In this document: one piece after another, positions 17,562-22,888 of the stretch
Layout of the letters: each line of letters begins with the position of its first letter
How positions within the stretch are numbered: the first letter of the stretch is position 1
NCBI GenBank assembly: GCA_000025185.1
Contig: CP001848.1
Coordinates: 4,200,001 to 4,232,000 of the forward strand
From: Pirellula staleyi DSM 6068
GTDB lineage: Bacteria > Planctomycetota > Planctomycetia > Pirellulales > Pirellulaceae
Direction: 5' to 3'
Length of the DNA stretch: 32,000 nucleotides
The notes under the pieces: model-generated
What the model was told of the DNA's origin: nothing
What the model saw: only the letters and a program-made list of their open reading frames with translations
Databases searched by the model: none
Program-made: the position numbers and the translations under genes

Positions 17562-18812
17562 ATGTCGACTGTTGTCACCAGCCAAACGAGTTGGTTTTCG
17601 AGCATCGTCAAAGCGCTGCTGGGTTTCGTTATCGCTCCCTTGGTGGGCCTTTGTGCGGCATTTTTGCTGTTCTGGAACGAAGGGGACTATCTCTACATCG
17701 CTTACAGCCTCGATGAAGGGGAGCAAGTGGTGAAATCGATCGATCCCCATCAGATCGATCCAGCACTCGAGGGAGAGTTGGTGCATGTTTCAGGTCATCT
17801 GAAAGTTCCCCATCAGGTCGAAGACCCCCAGTTTGGTTTGAAAGTAACGGCGATTCGGCTCTATCGCATTGCCGAGATGTATCAGTGGAAGGAAAGCAAG
17901 TCGGAGCGGCGCGTAGATAAGGTCGGGGGTGGAACCCAGATGATCACCGAGTATCACTACGCCGTAGGCTGGCACGAGGATCTGATTCGCTCGAACTCAT
18001 TTCAAACACCCAGGGGACACGAGAATCCCGAGTCGATTCCCTTTACCTCGCAAGTGTTCGATGCCAAAGAAGTACTGCTAGGGGCGTTTCGACTCGATCC
18101 GTCGCAGCTGAAGCAACTGGATACCCGGACCGACCTTTCGCTCGATTGGCTCAAGCCTGACGAGATCCCACAAGAGATTTCGGCGCGGCCACTTCTGCTG
18201 CGAGATCAGCTTTACTTTCCGCGGGAGATTTTGCGCGGCAAGGGTGCGCCGGAAGAGCCTGTGAAGTTAACAGCCGAACGTCCCCAGCGCCCTGAGGTGG
18301 GTGATGTGCGGATTCGCTATCAGGTGGTTCCGCCGCAAGAGGTGACGATCGTCGCTAAGCAGTCGGCTGGGACATTTGTGGAGTATGCCACCAAGGTGAA
18401 AGCACGCCGTGGCATCAATTTGGTCGCTGCCGGAAAGAAAAGCTCCCAGGAAATGTTCGCCGATGCGCGGTTTGCGAATGTCGCTGGACTTTGGATGATG
18501 CGCAGCTTTGGCGGATTTCTGATGTTTGTGGCTGTCGGCATGTTTTTGCAGCCGATTCGCGCACTCGCCAGTGTGATTCCGCTGCTCGGACAGATCGTCG
18601 GCTGGGGGCTCGCTTTAGTCGCCTTTTTTGTCTCGGGTGGACTTACGGTCATGGTGGTCGGCCTTGCGTGGCTCTACTATCGCCCGATCGTCGGCCTCTT
18701 GATCTTGCTGCTAGGGGCGATCGTAATTGTGGGGGTGGTGATGCTGCTGCAAATGCGTCGCTCGCTTCAGGAGTCCCCCGAGATGCCAGCACCGCTGATA
18801 GGTGACCGCTAG
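17562..18812 (+). CDS. TMEM43/LUMA family (Pfam DUF1625-type) membrane protein, paralogue 2
   Basis: It has the same motif series as paralogue 1: LFWNEG, EGELVHVSG, AEMYQW, NPESIPFTS, EVGDVRIRY, FVSGGLTVM and WLYYRP. By eye it is roughly half identical to paralogue 1. ATG 17562 was chosen because the track start at 17460 lies inside the terminator hairpin. Confidence 0.8.
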   Translation: MSTVVTSQTSWFSSIVKALLGFVIAPLVGLCAAFLLFWNEGDYLYIAYSLDEGEQVVKSIDPHQIDPALEGELVHVSGHLKVPHQVEDPQFGLKVTAIRLYRIAEMYQWKESKSERRVDKVGGGTQMITEYHYAVGWHEDLIRSNSFQTPRGHENPESIPFTSQVFDAKEVLLGAFRLDPSQLKQLDTRTDLSLDWLKPDEIPQEISARPLLLRDQLYFPREILRGKGAPEEPVKLTAERPQRPEVGDVRIRYQVVPPQEVTIVAKQSAGTFVEYATKVKARRGINLVAAGKKSSQEMFADARFANVAGLWMMRSFGGFLMFVAVGMFLQPIRALASVIPLLGQIVGWGLALVAFFVSGGLTVMVVGLAWLYYRPIVGLLILLLGAIVIVGVVMLLQMRRSLQESPEMPAPLIGDR

Positions 18813-19084
18813 GGCAAGGGCGCGTGAAACTCCTGAGGGGAGTTCTTCGAGGATGCGGTCTATCGCATTTCCGGGCGCGACCTTGACAAAAGGTGTCCTC
18901 GTTTTCAGGGCGACACTAAAATCAACCGATCGTGTCGCTGGCACTGCTGCCACGAAAGTCGTTGTTAGCTCACGATTTGGCAACGCTTTGCAATTGTTCT
19001 GGGCGTGCACGCCGCGTCACGTTTTTGGCAATTCTGCAATCTTTTCTGCAATACGCTGGGCTGTCGGGCGTTTCTAATCTTGCT

Positions 19085-19618
19085 ATGACGCGATCCGTCG
19101 AACCTGAGTCCGACCGCGAACGAGTTTCGCGCTGGGTACGCCAGCACGGTCGCGTTGTGCGCGGATACTTGCTCGCAAACGTTGGTCGCGAAGATGTGGC
19201 CGACGACATCTTGCAGGAGGTGTTTCGCAAAGCATGGCAAGCTCGCGAGCAGTATCAGGAGCAAGGTTATGAAAAAGCCTACTTGCTCCGAATTGCCGAT
19301 CGGCTGGTGGTTGATTGGTCGAGACGAAGTGGGCTTTTGCAGAACGTCGACGAAGAAACATGGGAAGTGATCACGCCAGCATCGCCTGACGTGGGAGCGA
19401 TGGCGGAACTCGAACTCGATGAGCATCGCCAGCATCTCTCGGCAGCACTCGACCGACTGACGCCTCCGCAGAAACGTGTGCTAATGCTTCGTTACTTCGG
19501 AGAACTCGAATTTTCTGAAATTGCACGAACGCTCGATTGTCCTTTGGGAACGGTGCTGAGTCACTGTCGACGAGGGCTCTTGCAGCTGCGGCGCATCCTG
19601 GTGGAGCCTTCCCCATGA
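19085..19618 (+). CDS. ECF-type RNA polymerase sigma-70 family factor
   Basis: Region 2 is DILQEVFRKAWQAREQY...YLLRIADRLVVDW. Region 4 contains an HTH: LTPPQKRVLMLRYFGELEFSEIARTLDCPLGTVLSHCRRGLLQLRR. At about 177 aa it has no region 3, which is typical of ECF sigma factors. The start is taken at ATG 19085; the track ORF extends 51 codons upstream. Confidence 0.9.
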   Translation: MTRSVEPESDRERVSRWVRQHGRVVRGYLLANVGREDVADDILQEVFRKAWQAREQYQEQGYEKAYLLRIADRLVVDWSRRSGLLQNVDEETWEVITPASPDVGAMAELELDEHRQHLSAALDRLTPPQKRVLMLRYFGELEFSEIARTLDCPLGTVLSHCRRGLLQLRRILVEPSP

Positions 19619-20223
19619 CCCAACACGAACTCCAAAAAACGCTTGAGCGAGTCACCTCGAAAAAACTCGGTGAGGGCGTTTCACTCACCGATGATGAATC
19701 GGCCTTGCGCGAATCGTTTTTGGGAGCGGGTGAGTCGGTGGAACGGCGACAGGAAGCATGGTCGGAAGCATCGCTACTCGCCTCACTGGAAGCTGAATTT
19801 ACGGCGAGTGCTGCGGCCAATTTGGCTGCGGTGAGCATGCCAAGCACCTTCCCAAAGTCGCGCTTCAATTGGACTACGGGGCTCTCGCTACTCGCGACGA
19901 GTCTACTGGTGGCGATGGTCATCTACGCGGCTGTTTCTCGCGACAACCTGCGCGTCGTAACAGTTCCCGCGCCCCAGTCCGATAGCACCTTACCTGTTGT
20001 CACTTCTCCCGCCGAGCTGGCTACTGATTTGCCAGCTACCGAGTCTGTCGATGTAGCGCGAGAGGGAGTTCCTTGGGACGATTCGCTCGATGAGCAGATC
20101 GCAGCGGCGTCGGAAGTGGTGGCATCCTGGACGACAACTCCTACGCGGTGGGAGACGTCGATTTCGACGCTCGATTCACAGCTGAGCGATATGGCGTCTG
20201 ATCTCGCCGACGACTCGCTCTAG
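19615..20223 (+). CDS. candidate single-pass anti-sigma factor (no recognisable ZAS motif)
   Basis: Its ATG overlaps the sigma gene stop (ATGA at 19615..19618), and GGAG lies 9 nt upstream. It has one TM helix (GLSLLATSLLVAMVIYAAV) with an N-terminal cytoplasmic part of about 95 aa. The functional call rests on gene context only. Confidence 0.5.
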   Translation: MTQHELQKTLERVTSKKLGEGVSLTDDESALRESFLGAGESVERRQEAWSEASLLASLEAEFTASAAANLAAVSMPSTFPKSRFNWTTGLSLLATSLLVAMVIYAAVSRDNLRVVTVPAPQSDSTLPVVTSPAELATDLPATESVDVAREGVPWDDSLDEQIAAASEVVASWTTTPTRWETSISTLDSQLSDMASDLADDSL

Positions 20224-20433
20224 ATTGCCAGCTTTCTCAAGATTGCCGCAAATACACTTGAAGAAGTGTTGAGGAACTGCTGCGCATGTCCAAAGGTATT
20301 GATAAGTAACTTCGAAGGAATTTCTTAGAATAAACTTATCGAAGTTTCGGAACCTAAGTCGTTTTTGTCGGTTTCAAGGATTATGCGATTGGGCGGTGGC
20401 ACGAATTGTCGCAGCCCATCGGTGGAGCAAGTG

Positions 20434-21144
20434 ATGAAGCGTTATCCAATCATTGTCGCCTCGATCTGTGCCGTTGCACTTGGTGTTATTCTCTCGCTCA
20501 ATCGGCTGGGGATTACGCAAGATGGCAGCCTGCCGATGCCTAAGGGGAAAAAAGGTCCTCCACCCATTGGTGCCCCCTCGCGTGCACCGAATGGTGCCGA
20601 GGCTTTTGGCCAGGGAGAAATGGGCCCTCCTTCTCCTCCCGCATTCGGCGGTGGCTTTGATGCGCCACGAGTCCATGGTGGCGCTCCGGGGGTTATGCCC
20701 CCAATGGGGCCGCACCCTCCAGGTCCCCATCATCCTCCAGGGGCCAAAGGTCCGCACCATGGAGGCCCTCCTGCAGGGCCACATGCAGGTCCGCATCCAC
20801 CCCACCTTTCGTCGCCGATGATTCAATCGCTCGAACAGGCCGATCCGGAGTTGTTCAAGCTCGTGACAGAAGATGATCAACTCGAGCGTAAGTCGTTTGA
20901 ACTCGCTGAAGAGATTCGGAGGCTTGCGCCAGCGGAACGCACCAAGCGAGAGACCGAACTCCAAACGCTGCTGGTTCAGCATTTCGAGGTGCGTCAAAGT
21001 CGCCGCGCTTTGCAAATCGAGCGTATGGCTGAGCAGATTAAAACCTTGCGGGAATCACTTGAAAAACGTACCGAAGCTCGCGATGCGATTATCGAGCGTC
21101 GGATGCGTGAACTGCTCGGCAAACCTCAAGATCTCGAGTTTTAG
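20434..21144 (+). CDS. signal-anchored/secreted protein with Gly/Pro/His-rich disordered region and C-terminal coiled-coil domain
   Basis: GGTGGAG lies 8 nt upstream of ATG 20434. The N-terminal hydrophobic helix is IIVASICAVALGVILSL. It contains GPH/PPG-type repeats (GPHPPGPHHPPGAKGPHHGGPPAGPHAGPHPPH), then about 100 aa of heptad-like helical sequence. I recognised no family. Confidence 0.6.
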   Translation: MKRYPIIVASICAVALGVILSLNRLGITQDGSLPMPKGKKGPPPIGAPSRAPNGAEAFGQGEMGPPSPPAFGGGFDAPRVHGGAPGVMPPMGPHPPGPHHPPGAKGPHHGGPPAGPHAGPHPPHLSSPMIQSLEQADPELFKLVTEDDQLERKSFELAEEIRRLAPAERTKRETELQTLLVQHFEVRQSRRALQIERMAEQIKTLRESLEKRTEARDAIIERRMRELLGKPQDLEF

Positions 21145-21333
21145 AGCTCGACGTCGGTGGCGTTTGCCAGTGAATATCGAATATCGTCGCGCGGGGGAAC
21201 GCGTAGACATTGTAGGAACTTTCTGATCTCACAATCATGAGGCGGTGATTGCGAGCGGCGTGCTCATTTTGCGCACTAACCGCTCCGGTCCAGCTTCATC
21301 GGTTGTCCTCTCAACCCAGGAGTAGTGCGCCCC

Positions 21334-22728
21334 ATGAGTCATCTTTTCATCCCACGCAAGTTGAGCCGGCTGATGCCGCTTTCGCTTGCCACCATCGCAC
21401 TGCTATCGACACTCGCCGTCGATGCCACGGTGCGCGGCACCGAGCTGCAAAACGCTGGCACGCATGTCGTGTCCGATGCAATGGCCGCTATCGATACAGA
21501 AACCACTTCGCTCGTTTACTTTGCTGACGATGCGAAGGAAGTGGACAAAAGTGCTTCGCCATCTGACAAACCCGCCAAGCCGAAGAAAGAGCTTGCCAAG
21601 AAAGACACCGTCAAGAAGGAAGCCGCGACCAAGGAGCCAACGAAGAAGAAAGCAGAGCCTGGAAAGAAGCAAGTTGCTAAAGCTCCGCTGGAGAAAAAGC
21701 CTGCAGTGAAAGAGGGGGCTCCTAAGCATCCTGGCATGCATGCTCCCGGTAAGCACCCAGCACCACCTCATGCGATGGGAAAACATGGCCCTGGCATGAT
21801 GCACGGCAAGCCAGGTTCGAAGATGGCTGGGCCGATGATGCACGGCAAAATGCCACCGTTGGGAATGCACGGCGCTAAGCCTAGCCCGATGCAAGGTCCC
21901 TGGTCAAAGGGGACGCAGGCGATGAAGCAAAGGCCCCCAATGGGCTCGATGATGGGACGTATGTTGCCGCCTCCGATGGCCATGCATGGCATGCGCTCGC
22001 ATGGTTCGATGCAGCGCGGTTTTGCTCAGCGTGGGGCTGGACCTCACGACGTGCGTCCCCCGATGTTCGGGGCACCACACGCTTCGCACGGTCCGCGTTT
22101 TCCCGGTCACGATGGTCTTGAGGAGCGTCTTGCACGGGTCGAAAAGAAACTCGACCTGCTGATTGCTAAGCTCGAGCAAGTTGAGCGATCGCATCATGCA
22201 GTTGCTCCTCATCACGGTCTATCTGGACATCCGGGACCTCAGCACCCGCCACGACCTGAAGGGCGAGTTGGCGAGCATCCTCAGCCTCCCCATAGTGCGC
22301 CGCACGCGATGGGAGCGAGCAGCGATCGACCTGAACACCAAGGACGTGGCCCTGGTCAAAGTCACGACGAAAATCGTCGAGAAGAACGAGGGGGCTGGAT
22401 GGGTGGATCAGGGTTTAGTGCTCCTCCCATGGGGCGTCCGAGCTTTGGTTCAGGCCCCAGCGGTGGCATGGGACCGGGCTTCGGTTCGGGATTCGGACCA
22501 CGCCCCGAATCTTTGCAGCGAGAGCGTATGTTGCCACCACCTCGCCATGAAGAGGGGCGTCGATCTGAATTGCGACGGGAAGAAGAGCGTCGAGAAGAGC
22601 CCAGTCGCGAAGATCGTCCCAGTGAGCCACGACGTGGTGAGCGTCCCAGTGATTCGCCGAAGCCTCCTCGAGGCGACGACAATATCAACTTCTTTGGACC
22701 AGTCGACGAAGAGCTGCTGAAGTTCTAG
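21334..22728 (+). CDS. secreted low-complexity protein: Lys-rich, Met/His/Pro/Gly-rich, coiled-coil, Arg/Glu-rich segments
   Basis: It has a signal-peptide-like N-terminus (LSRLMPLSLATIALLSTLAVDA). The frame stays open through strongly biased sequence. The start is either ATG 21334 or GTG 21325. A strong terminator hairpin follows the stop. I recognised no family. Confidence 0.6.
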   Translation: MSHLFIPRKLSRLMPLSLATIALLSTLAVDATVRGTELQNAGTHVVSDAMAAIDTETTSLVYFADDAKEVDKSASPSDKPAKPKKELAKKDTVKKEAATKEPTKKKAEPGKKQVAKAPLEKKPAVKEGAPKHPGMHAPGKHPAPPHAMGKHGPGMMHGKPGSKMAGPMMHGKMPPLGMHGAKPSPMQGPWSKGTQAMKQRPPMGSMMGRMLPPPMAMHGMRSHGSMQRGFAQRGAGPHDVRPPMFGAPHASHGPRFPGHDGLEERLARVEKKLDLLIAKLEQVERSHHAVAPHHGLSGHPGPQHPPRPEGRVGEHPQPPHSAPHAMGASSDRPEHQGRGPGQSHDENRREERGGWMGGSGFSAPPMGRPSFGSGPSGGMGPGFGSGFGPRPESLQRERMLPPPRHEEGRRSELRREEERREEPSREDRPSEPRRGERPSDSPKPPRGDDNINFFGPVDEELLKF

Positions 22729-22803
22729 TGCGTGTCGCACGAACGAGTAGCGTGTGTGTGGCGCTCTGATCGTTCTCGAATCAGCTTTGCGATTATCAAT
22801 GCC

Positions 22804-22841
22804 AATGGCTCTGGAGGAATCAATCTTCCAGAGCCATTTTC
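22804..22841 (+). terminator. strong hairpin/terminator in the convergent gap after the low-complexity protein gene
   Basis: AATGGCTCTGGA pairs with TCCAGAGCCATT as 12 perfect bp, extendable to 15 bp with one G-U pair, with a 5-nt loop and running into TTTT (22837..22840). It may also stop the convergent minus-strand gene, but the minus-strand side has no U-run. Confidence 0.55.
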
Positions 22842-22888
22842 GTGCGCTGAATGGTCGGTCGAGCCTATCGAGCTCTCGTTAAGCTGTT

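Noticed and set aside
20374-21015. 213-aa minus-strand ORF.
   Set aside because: It is antisense to the signal-anchored His/Pro-rich gene. It has no signal peptide, TM helix or other motifs. The plus-strand gene has an SD and an N-terminal hydrophobic helix.
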